In this document: positions 30,861 to 42,089 of the stretch, in pieces | Numbering within the stretch: the stretch's first letter is position 1 | Layout of the letters: the number at the start of each line of letters is the position of its first letter | From: an uncultured Chthonomonadaceae bacterium | GTDB lineage: Bacteria > Armatimonadota > Chthonomonadetes > Chthonomonadales > Chthonomonadaceae | Direction of reading: 5' to 3' | DNA length: 64,000 bases | Assembly (NCBI GenBank): GCA_963835065.1 | Contig: CAWIEK010000022.1 | Span: 32,001-96,000, forward strand | Position numbers and translations under genes: made by a program | Notes under the pieces: generated by a model | What the model saw: only the letters and a program-made list of their open reading frames with translations | Told to the model about the DNA's origin: nothing | The model's database searches: none

Positions 30861-31085
30861 ATGCAAATACAACTGACAGCCGTTTTCCAAAAAGTGCCCG
30901 AAGGGTACATCGGATTTGTCGAAGAATTGCCGGGAGCGAACACGCAGGGCGAGACACTCGAAGAAACGCGCGCTAACCTGCGCGAAGCCGTCTCCCTGGT
31001 TTTGGAAGCCAATCGCGCGCTGGCAGAGGAAACGCTTTCAGGACGCGAGGTAATCCGAGAAACCTTGCAGGCAGCAACCGCATGA
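30861..31085 (+). CDS. hicB: HicB-family antitoxin
   Basis: YIGFVEELPGANTQGETLEETRANLREAV. Confidence 0.9.
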   Translation: MQIQLTAVFQKVPEGYIGFVEELPGANTQGETLEETRANLREAVSLVLEANRALAEETLSGREVIRETLQAATA

Positions 31086-31270
31086 AGCGCGTAGACTTAC
31101 TTCGACATCTGGAGGCGCAGGGCTGTGAGTTTGCGCGCGAAGGCGGAAATCACACCATTTATGTCAATCGCGTTGCGCAAGCAAGTTCTGCTGTGCCACG
31201 TCACCGCGAAATCAATGATTTTCTAGCCGGCAAGATATGCCGCGATTTGAAAGTGAGGGAACCAAAATAA
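31082..31270 (+). CDS. hicA: HicA-family toxin
   Basis: REGGNHTIY...VPRHREI; ATGA overlap with hicB. Confidence 0.9.
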   Translation: MKRVDLLRHLEAQGCEFAREGGNHTIYVNRVAQASSAVPRHREINDFLAGKICRDLKVREPK

Positions 31271-31338
31271 AGTATTTGTTCAGCGCCCACCGAGACGAAG
31301 TTTGGCAAAAATTCTCGCAAGCAAGTTGAAGGAGGTTG

Positions 31339-32094
31339 ATGATGAAGCGATTCTATGGGTTTGCACTGCTGTTTGCTCTGCCTCTGCCGTCGCTATGTGC
31401 CGCGCATCGCGCCGCGACGCAGTCCACACCTTACGCCTTGTTTCAATTCAACGGGAATACGACAAATAAAGGCACGGGCAAAGCCACCTTTGAACTGCGG
31501 AATACGCGCTTTCAGAACAATGCTTTGTATCTTAACGGCAAGTACGAGCATGGCCCGGAGCATGGCGGTTTCCACGCCGTTTGTTCCACGCCTGCCGTTC
31601 CCTACGAAACCTTCACGGTAGCCCTGCGCTTCAAAGCCGAAGTTTTTACGTCCGGCAAGAATAACCTGATTACAGGCGGAACTTCCGCGCGCTGGTTCAG
31701 TCTGTGCCGTTCGGAAGCCGGGCATCTGGTCATCACGCTGAACAATCAGGATTACCAGCATGAGATCAAGGGCGTCACGCTGGACAAGGACAAATGGACG
31801 GAAATCGCCTGCGGCGTTGACATTCCCCAACACAAAATCAGCGTCTTTCTCAATAAGAAGAATGTTGACAACATCGTCCTTCCTTCCTCTTTCACGCTGC
31901 AGACAGGCGACGCAGAAGATAAAGACGCAGACAAAAATTGGTCGTTTACCAACTACTCCAATGCGGACGTGTTTCAGGGATGGGTTGACGAACTGCGCAT
32001 CTATGACCATTGCCTGAGCGATGGGGAACTGGCCGCGCTGTCCTTGCATCCCGCGCCCGCCAAACAACGCCGAAGCGCGGCCCCAAAGCCCTGA
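31339..32094 (+). CDS. Secreted LamG/concanavalin-like jellyroll protein
   Basis: Signal peptide, FNGNT, WTEIA, FQGWVDELRIYDHCLS. Confidence 0.75.
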   Translation: MMKRFYGFALLFALPLPSLCAAHRAATQSTPYALFQFNGNTTNKGTGKATFELRNTRFQNNALYLNGKYEHGPEHGGFHAVCSTPAVPYETFTVALRFKAEVFTSGKNNLITGGTSARWFSLCRSEAGHLVITLNNQDYQHEIKGVTLDKDKWTEIACGVDIPQHKISVFLNKKNVDNIVLPSSFTLQTGDAEDKDADKNWSFTNYSNADVFQGWVDELRIYDHCLSDGELAALSLHPAPAKQRRSAAPKP

Positions 32095-32153
32095 CAGCCC
32101 AATACCCTAAAACCATAGAACCCTAAAACCCTGAAACCCTACCCACCAACACC

Positions 32154-32877
32154 ATGAGTCCAGACCATCGGCAGCATCGGGGCGCGCACCCGGAAGACCG
32201 GAAATTGTTCGCGCCCGAACGACAGGACACGCTGCGGCAGGCGACATCAGATTTATCGTGGCTGCTTGGCAGGGCGTACCCGGCCACTGCCGCGCTGAAA
32301 CTTGTCGGGGATCGCTACGCTCTTGACGAGCGGCAGCGTACCGCCGCGTTGCGCTCCGCGTGTTCCCCGTCCCACCGCGCCAACAGACAGGCCACTTGCT
32401 TGCCCATCGAAGCGGTACGCGGGCAGGATATTCAGATTGACGGCTTCAATCTGCTGATTACCATTGAGGCGGCATTGGGAGGCGGGATTGATTTTGCATT
32501 GCGGCGATGGTTGCCTGCGCGACCTGGCGAGCATCCACAGCACGTATAAGGCCGTACAGGAAACCGTTCCCGCCCTGACGCTGATTGGCAATGCCCTGCA
32601 AGCGCTTGGCCCCCGTTCTGTGCAATGGCTGCTGGACAGCCCGGTTTCCAACAGCGGGCGACTGGCGCAGACGATCCGGGATGTGGCAGAAGAACACGGC
32701 TGGAACTGGCAGGCCGAAACGGTTTTCAATCCCGATACGGTTTTGAAGGCATCCAATGCAATTGTCGTTACGTCCGATTCCGTTGTCCTGGATCACGCAG
32801 GGCGTTGGGTCAATGTCGCCGCGCACCTGCTGCCGCTGTATATTCCCGACGCCTGGATCGTAGACATGCGGCACTAA
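32154..32877 (+). CDS. DUF434-domain protein; frameshift near 32485
   Basis: LKLVGDRYAL, IDGFNLLITIE, DGCLRDLAS, LDSPVSNSG, VVTSDSVVLD. Confidence 0.8.
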
Positions 32878-32906
32878 AGCCGCTCACATTCCCCTGGAGA
32901 ATCATC

Positions 32907-33386
32907 ATGCTTGCTTTGCCATCCGAAATTCAGACGGCTTGCGCGGATTTGTTCGCCGCGCTGCCGCTCGAACAAGCCATGCCGAACTTACTGCACAGTC
33001 AGACAGCATCCGCTGCCGTTGTTGAGGCGGCGCAGTCCGCGCTGCGCTCGCCCGCTCTTACTTCCCGTCCCGCTCTTGCCGCCGGTTTGTGGCTGTACGT
33101 GGATGATCTCGAACGCAGCCACGCCATCAGCCAGTCGCTTGACGATGTAACGGGCGCGTACTGGCACGGCATCATGCACCGCCGCGAAGGAGACTTTTCC
33201 AACAGCCACTACTGGATGCGCCGCGCCAGCCGCCACCCTCTCCGCCAATCCCGTCCCGACCTCGACCCCGACGCCCTGATAGACGCCGTAGCCGCCGCGC
33301 ATGGCAGCAACCCGCCCGACCTGCTTGCCCTGCAACGCGCCGAGTGGCAAGCCCTGTTTGAATGGTGCGCCGCAATGCAGGGATGA
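32907..33386 (+). CDS. Conserved hypothetical protein
   Basis: GLWLYVDDLERSHAISQ...YWHGIMHRREGDFSNSHYW. Confidence 0.75.
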   Translation: MLALPSEIQTACADLFAALPLEQAMPNLLHSQTASAAVVEAAQSALRSPALTSRPALAAGLWLYVDDLERSHAISQSLDDVTGAYWHGIMHRREGDFSNSHYWMRRASRHPLRQSRPDLDPDALIDAVAAAHGSNPPDLLALQRAEWQALFEWCAAMQG

Positions 33387-33507
33387 GTAGATATTAGATA
33401 TTAGGCACAAGCCCAATACCTAACACCGAACACCTGAACACCGCAATACCTGAACGCCCAACACCCAATACCTAACACCCAATACCTGAAACAAAGGAGT
33501 TTATTTT

Positions 33508-34569
33508 ATGACGACAACAAGTGACGCGATTTCATTTGCCTGCATCGGCGTGGGCGGGCGCGGCGGGTATCTGCTGCAATTACTGCTGAAGATTGAGGGC
33601 GTGGCCGTTCGCGCCGTGTGCGATCCCAATGCCGATAATCGCGCCAAAGCCAAAAAGTTGATTGAAGCGGCGGGGCAGGCCGCGCCCGTGGAGTTCGAGC
33701 ATTGGGAGCAGGCATTGGCGCATCCGGGCATTGACGCCGTTGTCAGCGCCCTGCCGTGCGGCCTTCACGCCCAAAACTATCTGGACACGATTGCGGCGGG
33801 CAAAAACCTGTACGGCGAAAAACCGCTTGCCTTAACCCCGCAGGAGTGCGACACCATTGTCAGCGCGGCCAACAGCAGCAAGCAGATCGTGCAGTTAGGG
33901 TTTCAGCGCCGGGCCGACCCGCGCTTCATCGAAACCATGCAGGAGATCTACGCGGGCGAGTTGGGCGATCTGGTGGAAGGGCGCGTGTGCTGGTCCAACG
34001 CCTGGGGACCGCTGTACAACTGGTTCGGGCATCGGGACGTGTCGGGCGACTGGATGGTGGAACAGGCCGTCCACAACTGGGATGTAATCAATTGGGCGAC
34101 GCGCAGTTTGCCGATTCGCGCAATGGGCATGGGACGCAAGGGACTTTACCACGAACAGCAGCCGGATCGAGACGTGACCGACTATTACTCCGCGCTGGTC
34201 GAATACCCGAATGGCCTTGTCGTCAACATTCTGCACAGTTGGGTGGCTCCCGGTCAGGAAGGCGCGTACAAGCCCGCGTTCAACGACGAGTACACGCGGC
34301 TGTTGGGAACAAGGGGCGGCGTGGATTTCAATTCCGGCCTGATTTCCTACCGCCGCGAACTGAAACTGCCGGATCGCCCCGGCCAAAACCTGCCCGAAGG
34401 CGTGACCAATTCCCTCCTGTGCCTGCAAGCCTTTGTAAACTCGGTACGGACCCGCAAGCCGCCGGTTGCGGGCGTTCAGGAAGGCCGCGATTCGGTACTG
34501 GCCTGCCTGCTGGTGCGCGAAGCCGTAAACCGGGGCGGCGTGGTGACGATGGAGGAGCTAACGGCATGA
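33508..34569 (+). CDS. Gfo/Idh/MocA family oxidoreductase
   Basis: IGVGGRG, GEKPLA, QLGFQRR, EQAVHNWD. Confidence 0.9.
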   Translation: MTTTSDAISFACIGVGGRGGYLLQLLLKIEGVAVRAVCDPNADNRAKAKKLIEAAGQAAPVEFEHWEQALAHPGIDAVVSALPCGLHAQNYLDTIAAGKNLYGEKPLALTPQECDTIVSAANSSKQIVQLGFQRRADPRFIETMQEIYAGELGDLVEGRVCWSNAWGPLYNWFGHRDVSGDWMVEQAVHNWDVINWATRSLPIRAMGMGRKGLYHEQQPDRDVTDYYSALVEYPNGLVVNILHSWVAPGQEGAYKPAFNDEYTRLLGTRGGVDFNSGLISYRRELKLPDRPGQNLPEGVTNSLLCLQAFVNSVRTRKPPVAGVQEGRDSVLACLLVREAVNRGGVVTMEELTA

Positions 34570-36409
34570 GGATTTTGGATTTCGGATTTTGGATTTTAGA
34601 TTGGGTAGGGCTTCATTTCGAAGTTTTCGCGCTCCGGCGTTGGGAACGTCGGGCATTTGCGCCTTCCTCTTTCGTCTTTCCCCTTTTGCCTTTCGCCTTT
34701 TTCGTGTGTTTCGCGTTTTTCGCGGTTTCCAAATCCGAAGCGCAGAACAATGCGCCTGACCCTGACCTGCAGGTACAGAATGTGCCGCATGGAACCGTGA
34801 AGGACTATGTGTGGAAAACAAGCCATGTGTATCCCGGCACGGAACACAACTACCGCGTGTATGTTCCCGCGCAGTACGATCCTTCCAAGCCGGCCTGCGT
34901 GATGATTTTTCAGGACGGATTGGGCTTTAACGCGCCGACCGTGTTTGACAATCTCATCGCCAAAAAGCAGATGCCCGTCACGGTTGCCATTGGCATCAGT
35001 CCGGGCGTGGCTCCCCCTGCGGGCGCAAACCCCGGCAACGCCCTGCCCCGCTTCAATCGCAGCGTGGAATACGATACGCCCGATGATACGTATGCGCGGT
35101 TTCTGCTCGACGAGATTTTGCCGGAAGTGGGCAGAACCCTGAACCTGAGCCGGAATCCCAATGACCGGGGCCTGTGCGGGGCAAGTTCGGGCGGCATTGC
35201 CGCGTTCACCGCCGCATGGGAGCGTCCCGACCAATTCCGGCGCGTGTACAGCGTGATCGGCAGTTTCACCGACCTGGCGGGCGGCGACACGTACCCGTCG
35301 AAAATCCGCAAGTACGAACCGAAACCGCTGCGCATCTATTTGCAGGACAACGACCAGGATCAGGACATTTATTCGGGAAGCTGGCCGCTTGCCAATCAGG
35401 AAGTGGCGGCGGCGCTGAAGTTCGCCGGGTACGACGCGCAGTTTACGGTGGGCAAGGGCGGGCATGACGGCAGGCCGGGAAGTTTGATTTTTCCCGAAGT
35501 GATGCGCTGGCTGTGGCGCGATTATCCCGCGCCTATTGCGGTCAACACAGCGTCGCGGCAGCCCATCATGCAGATCGTTTCGCCGGGTGACGATTGGCAG
35601 GAAGTGGAATCGGATGTGGTTCACGCGCTGGCGACGGACAGCGCGGGCAGCGTGTACGCGGCAGGCCGGGATGGGATCACCTGTCTTGGAACATCAAGCA
35701 TCAAACCCCTGCCGCCAATCGCCAACGCGAACGCGCTTGCCTTTGCTCCCGATGGCAGGCTGATTGTGGCGGATACGGACAATCAGCGCCTGCTGGCTTA
35801 CGATCGCAAACGGCAAACTGACAGTGCTTAGCCCGCAATATCAGTCGTCATCCACGCTTGACCGTCAGCCATCAGGGCACGATGTATTTTCAGGATGGCG
35901 CCGACGAAAGCATCTGGCAAATGACAAAGAAGTGGACAGAGCGCGCAGAGTGGCGGAAGGCGAAACAACTTCCTTCGTGCTGCAGCCTTCCTCCTTGACC
36001 CTAACGCCCGACCAAAGCCTGCTGATTACAACGGGAGTGAGGCCGCGCAAATCGCTGGTGTCATGGCGCGTACAGGCGGACGGAACGCTTGCCGATGCCG
36101 AGCCGTTCTTTGACCTGACCAGCGCGTATCATCAGACGGGACAGGCAGGCGACGGCAATGGTGACGGACACGCAGGGCTGGCTGTACGTGGCGACTCCGG
36201 CGGGTATTCAGGTGTGCGATCAAGCGGGGCGCGTGAACGGCATCCTGTCGCTGCCGACCCGCCGACTGCCGACAGCCATGACGTGGGGCGGAACCAACCG
36301 CGATACGCTGTACCTGGCCTGCGGCGGCGCATTATACAAGCGCAAATTGCGCGTCAAGGGCGTACTCCCTTTCGAGGAACCCATCAAGCCACCTTCGCCG
36401 CGCTTGTAG
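34566..36409 (+). CDS. Enterochelin-esterase-like alpha/beta hydrolase fused to an SMP-30/gluconolactonase propeller; several frameshifts after 35800
   Basis: VYVPAQYD, GASSGG nucleophile elbow; propeller fragments LTPDQSLL and DTQGWLYVAT-GIQVCDQAGRVNGI. Confidence 0.8.
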
Positions 36410-36450
36410 TCATTTCCATTAACAAGGAAATTGAAGCAGAAACAAACCTT

Positions 36451-37524
36451 ATGACACCCCTATTTACACGGTGCGCCGAAAACCCGATTGTGGTTCCGGG
36501 GCGGTACGACTGGCGCATGGCAACCACATTCAACCCCGGCGTGATTCTGGATGACGACGGACGCTTTTATCTGTACGAGCGGGCGGCGGGGCAGTTGCGC
36601 CCGTTCCATTGCTATATCGGCCTGCTCGACAGCGACGATGGCGTTCACTTTACGCAGGTCGGCGATCAGCCCGTGTTTACGCCCGATATGGCCGGCAGTC
36701 CGTACGGCAGCGTACAGGACCCCCGCGTCGTCAAGATTGACGGCGCGTACTATATGACGTATGCGTTTCGCCCGTTTGCCTGGTCTTCCAACCCGACGGG
36801 CGTAGGCGTGCCCGAATCGCATGAGTCCGACTTTCCGGGCGTGGAGCGCGCGCCTATCACTGTCGGCAGTGGCTCCAAAAACGTTGCCAACGCCCGCCCC
36901 GACAACATGACCCGCTCCGGTATCGCCGTTTCCCATGACCGCGTTCACTGGCAGCACCACGTCTGGGCCACGCCGCCGGACATGGACGACCGCGACGTGA
37001 TCTTATTCCCTGAAAAAATTGGTGGGCGCTTTGCTCTTCTGCGCCGCCCGCTCCAATTCGTCGGCCCGGCATACGGAACCGAGCATCCCGGCATCTGGAT
37101 TTGCTTTTCCGATGACCTGCAAACGTGGACGCCGCCTGCCTTGATCGCCAAGCCGGAATTCGCCTGGGAAGACAACCGCATCGGCGGTTCCACGCCCCCG
37201 CTGCGAACGCCGCAGGGCTGGCTGGTTTTGTATCACGGCGTTCAAATGCAGGACGCCCGCCTGCGCCGCGTGTGCTACCGCATGGGCGCGTTGCTGCTCG
37301 ATTTGGACGACCCGACCCGCGTTCTCGCCCGCACCTCCGAATTCCTCATGGAACCGGAAACCTACTATGAGCGCTTCGGCCTGTACATCCCCAACGTGAT
37401 ATTCCCCACCGCCAATGTCGTCAAAGACGGCCTGCTGTACCTGTACTACGGCGTATGCGATACCGCCATCGCCCTCGCCACCACGCCGCTTGATGCATTG
37501 GTAGAACACGTGCTGCGGGGATAA
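36451..37524 (+). CDS. Glycoside hydrolase family 130-like protein
   Basis: FNPGV, QDPRV, LFPEKIGG, GWLVLYHG, PNVIFP, LYYGVCDT. Confidence 0.88.
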   Translation: MTPLFTRCAENPIVVPGRYDWRMATTFNPGVILDDDGRFYLYERAAGQLRPFHCYIGLLDSDDGVHFTQVGDQPVFTPDMAGSPYGSVQDPRVVKIDGAYYMTYAFRPFAWSSNPTGVGVPESHESDFPGVERAPITVGSGSKNVANARPDNMTRSGIAVSHDRVHWQHHVWATPPDMDDRDVILFPEKIGGRFALLRRPLQFVGPAYGTEHPGIWICFSDDLQTWTPPALIAKPEFAWEDNRIGGSTPPLRTPQGWLVLYHGVQMQDARLRRVCYRMGALLLDLDDPTRVLARTSEFLMEPETYYERFGLYIPNVIFPTANVVKDGLLYLYYGVCDTAIALATTPLDALVEHVLRG

Positions 37525-37640
37525 AGAAGCCCGTTTAGCCGCAAATACACGCAAATAGACGCAAATAAATATAATGAAAAGCCTCTCGTCTGCAAGGAGA
37601 GAGGTCGGAGGTACGTTTCAAGTTCATTACATCTGTTTGC

Positions 37641-37762
37641 GCCGGGGATTGAAAATCCCCGGCAGGAAAGTGCAAGCGTCCTGCGGACGCGGGAGTCTTG
37701 AGGTAGAGAGTTACGTCCGCAGAACGTTTGTTTTGTCAAGATGGGGATTTTCAATCCCCGGC
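37641..37762. repeat. REP doublet (REPIN-like element)
   Basis: gccggggattgaaaatccccggc and an inverted copy ggggattttcaatccccggc, with inner palindromes gcgtcctgcggacgc and cgtccgcagaacg. Confidence 0.75.
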
Positions 37763-37780
37763 AGATGGGGTGAGGTCAAC

Positions 37781-40700
37781 CTATAACGCCGCAGAATACT
37801 CCGTCACCTGACGGCTTGCGGCGGGTTCGACGACAAGGCGTAGATGCGAAGGCATATTGCCTTCCTCATCGAAGATCGTCAGCGTGTTTTTGCCCGGCTT
37901 CAGCCAACATTCCGGCAGGTACAGCGATTGGATCGGCACTTTTTCCGGGTAGCGGCCCAGATTGTGGCCGTTGAGCCAGATAAAGCCGCGCGACAGGCCG
38001 TTCAGGGTGACGCGCAAAATGGGATGCGCGCCGGGTTTGTCGGTTCCCGCGCCAAAGCCGCTCCGCGCGTCCGTATTGAACTCAGTACGGAAGAACGTGG
38101 GTACACCCGTTTGATCGGCGCGTTCACCGAGAGGATTCCATGCGGTGATTTTAGCGGGGTTTTCCAGCCCGCCGCGCATTTTCCAGCCGCGCAGTTCCGT
38201 TTCGTCGCCGGGATTGGAACCGCGCAGGGCAGTCGCGCCCGCAATGCCGCCCGTGTTCGCCGTGTTTTCCACCAGAACGACAAGTTGATTGGCCTGCCCG
38301 CTCTTCCACGCCGCTTCCAGAGGCACATCAAACGGCTGCCCCCAGCCTTTGTGTTCTCCCACCTTTTTGCCGTTCAGATAAACCGTCGCGTTGTCGTCTA
38401 CGTCTTCAAAATGCAGGCTGTGGCGCTGTCCGGGCAGCAAGTCCAGTGTGGTGCGGAACCACGCGAAGCCGGCCTGTCTATTAAACACGTCCGTTTTGGG
38501 ATCGTCCAGCGTTTTCCAGTCATTACCGCCGTTGACATCTTGGGGCAGGCTTGTCAGCCGACCGGACGCGGTAATGCCGGATGCCGGTCTCCATTGCCAC
38601 TTTGTGATAGCCTGTTCCGTGCCCGCGTTCTTGGAAAGCGTGACCGGGCCGTTTAAGCCTTTGGCGGCAACCTGATCTATCGGGCCGAGATGATTGAACA
38701 GTTTGTTGCGCCCATAATGCGCGGCGAAAACGGCAATCGTGTTCGCGCCCGCTTTGAGCGGTACGGCAACCTGGCGCGGAATGGGAGACGTGAAGCGCTG
38801 CCGGGGTTGCGCAGTGTTGGCGGGAAGGGGAACGCGCTGCCCATTGGCCCAAACCGCGATCCAATCGCCCAAATCCGCGAACTTCAAGTTGACTGTGCCG
38901 TCTTTTGCCGCCTGCGCTGTCGAGCGATACCACGCATACGCGCTCGTGTCGCCATCCGCGCCCATTTGCAGGGGCTGCGGGCTGTACTTCCAGTTGCCGG
39001 TCAGATACGCGATGCTTGCCGGTTCGTCCGCTTTGTGCATCTGCCACGCGCCCAACGTCGGGGGCGTGATTTGCTCCGGGCTGAAACCTGCCGCCACTTC
39101 TGCCTGGGTTCCCGTTTGAGCGGCTTCCTGCGCTGTTTGTTGCGCTTCTTTTGGCGTTACCACTTGCAGGCGCAAGGGGCTGTCACCCGGCCCGTAAGCA
39201 AAGTAATCGGTTTCAGGAATGGGAATTCGGCGCGCATACTGCTCGGTGACAATCCGCAGTTCGCCGTTCTTTGCGGTCACTTCGCCGACATACGGGAAGC
39301 CTCCGATGATGTAGGTTGTTCCGCCCGTTTCCGCGAAATAGGTTCGGTCGGCCAGATCGCTGCTCACGGCGAGGACCCGAAACTTATGCGTTCCCGCCTT
39401 AAAGGTGTACTCGCCCGCGCCCTGCGGCGCAAAGGTGGCTTGCAGCGTCACGCCCTGTGTATCCGCGTCCATCGTCCAGCCGTTACCGGCAGTAACCAGC
39501 CGCGTCTGTCCCGCCGCAACGCGGAAATGCAGTTCCACGCGGTGCGCAAGCGAAAGGTTGGCATCGTTGCGTTGCTCCTGAGTGCCGATGGGAGCATCGT
39601 ACACGACAAGCGTGGTCGTATTCCCCTGATCGGCAACGCCCAGAATACGACACGCGGACGATTCCAGCGTTACGTCGGAACCCAGCGCGACATTGCGGGC
39701 AAGCGGCACGATTTCGCCCGGAGCCAGTTCCAGCGTGATGTCGCTGTTCGCAGACGCGCCGTTTTGCCGCCGTGCCGTTTTCCGGTTCGCCGCCTTGCGC
39801 TGAGGTCTGCGTCGAACCCGCGCCACAACAGGCTGATTGGAGGGGTTATCCACAAACAGCAGGGTTCCTGCCGGACTTTTGCGGGCGGTCAGCGACACGC
39901 CGCCGCTAGACCACATCGTTCTTGACCTCGTCCGTCGAGTTTACGCTGTTTTCCAGCACATCTGCGAAACTGCGGGCGAACAGCGACGCGCGCTTGAAGC
40001 GGTAGTAGATCGGGCGCAAATCGCCGGTCTGCCCGATTGCCGAACCGTAATCGTAATTGGACGCAACCTCATCGTCGTTCCACGTGTCGAAATTGGTTCC
40101 GCCGTGCAGCATGTAGAAGTTGTAGCCGTTGCCGCCATACGCGAGGATTTTCCACGTTCCCCGGTCATACGTCCGCAAGTCCCGCGCGCTCAACGGCCCG
40201 TACAGGTCGTACCAGCCGGGCCAGAACTCCGTCGTGAGCCAGGGATTGGCGCGTCCCGCGCTGTCCCACGGCTGATTGCCCGCCGGGTCGTGACCGTGAT
40301 GCAGGCCGCTGAAAAAGTAGGGCACTTCCAGCCCCAAAGCCAGCGCCTTGTCCCGCAGATGCGTAAAGTAGCCGTTGGGCATTTCGCGCCCCCATCCCTG
40401 CGGATGCTCGTTCTCCAACTGCACCAGAATCACCGCGCCGCCCCGGTGTATCTGATTGGCAGCGACAATCGGCATGATTTTCTCATACCACTTGTCCACC
40501 AATGCCTCGAACGGCGCGTTGTCCTCGCGCACCCGCACACCCGGCTTGAAACGCAGCCACACGGGATAGCCACCGCTGTCCCACTCGGCGCACACATACG
40601 GCCCGACGCGCACAATCGCGTACATGCCAAGTTCGTTGATGAGTTTTAGATAAGCGTTGAAATCGTGGTCGCCAGCAAAGTCCCATTTGCCTTCCTGCGC

Positions 40701-41030
40701 CTCGTGGAAGTTCCAAAAAGCATAGGTTTCCACCGTGTTGAAGCCCGCCCGCTTGATGCGCAACAAGCGATCTCGCCACAAAGCGTGGGGTACGCGGCTG
40801 TAATGCAGGCTCCCGGACGCGATAAAGGTACGCTTGCCGCGAACTAAAAACCCCTTGCCGTCAAAATCAATGGCGGAACGGGCGGCGGCAGCGGCAGGAA
40901 ACATGCCGTCATCGGCTTTTGCCGTCATTCCCATGCTCAGGCCAAGCGCCAACAGCAAGGCTGAAAGATTGTGTTTAAGATGTGTGTGTCGCATAATTTT
41001 GAAGAACTTCCCTAAAGCAGCCCTTATCAT
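37781..41030 (-). CDS. GH35 beta-galactosidase; frameshift near 39910
   Basis: SGSLHYSRVP, GPYVCAEWDSGG, QLENE, TTEFW, YMLHGGTNF; jellyroll domains with WLNGHNLGRY. Confidence 0.92.
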
Positions 41031-41149
41031 AGGCCCAATCTGAAATACGGGTATTCAGGCGTTCGGTATTCAAGTGTTCGGGCATTTTTAATACGGGATG
41101 GTGAGCGCAGTTCATCCAATCTTCCCCAAAAGCGCGGGAAAGGGGAGCG

Positions 41150-42074
41150 TTATTCGAGAGTTTGGCGCAATGCCTGCAAGCGGGTTTCATATTCCGCAAT
41201 CGCCGTCAGCACTTCCTCACGGTTGGCTTGAAAAATGGCCTGCCAAAAGGCGCGGTCCGCAACGGCCACGCGGGTCAGGTCACGGAAACTGCTGCCCGCC
41301 ATCTGAAGCGCCTGCTCCGCGTCCGTCTGCGCGGCAATCATGTCGGCGAACGCGAACGAAAGCGCATGCGGCAAATGGCTGACCAAAGCCACAAGGCGGT
41401 CATGCTGCGCGCTGTCCAAAAGCACTGGGTCGCGCTTCCAAAGCCTGCGCCATTGCCGCCAATTTTGCCGCCCAAACATTTGCCTTCAAGTCCGGCAATT
41501 CCCTGCCGACAATGCCCCACGCCGCACCCGTAAACACATCCGCCCGCGCCGCGTCAATGCCGCCTGCGGGAGCGCCCGCCATCGGATGTCCGCCCACAAA
41601 ACGGCTTCCAAAACACCGCTCCCCGGTTTCTACAATTAACCGTTTCGTGCTGCCAATGTCGGTAATCAGCGCATCTGACGGCACAAGGGGAACCAATATT
41701 TCCAACAGACGTGGGATTGCAGGAACCGGAGCGGCCACAATCACGCAATCCGCGTCCGCCACGCCCGCCCCTAAACCCAGCGCGGCCTCATCAATGGCTC
41801 CTATCTCCCGCGCCCGCGCCAAAACGCGCTCACTCGTATCCACGCCCACAACCGTTTGCGCCAGCCCCTTCGCCCGCAGCGCCATGCCAAGCGAACCGCC
41901 CATCAGCCCGACGCCGATAATGGCGACACGCTGGAAGAGAGGAGAATTAGGAAATGATGAGTGATGAGTGATGAGTGATGAATAGGATGCTGCATTGTAT
42001 TCATCATTCATCATTCCGCGTTCAGCATTTCCTTCTGTTCCCTTCTCCTCATATTCGCGTTCATTCGCGTTCAT
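41150..42074 (-). CDS. tyrA: Prephenate/arogenate dehydrogenase; frameshift near 41430
   Basis: IIGVGLMGGS, DIGSTK, GGHPMAG, then HDRLVALVSHLPH and SFRDLTRVA. Confidence 0.9.
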
Positions 42075-42089
42075 TCGCGGCTATCCGTT

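Noticed and set aside
33756..34565. N-terminal 270 aa of the 691-aa ORF
   Set aside because: Shadow frame overlapping the Gfo/Idh/MocA gene; the real start is at or after 34566.
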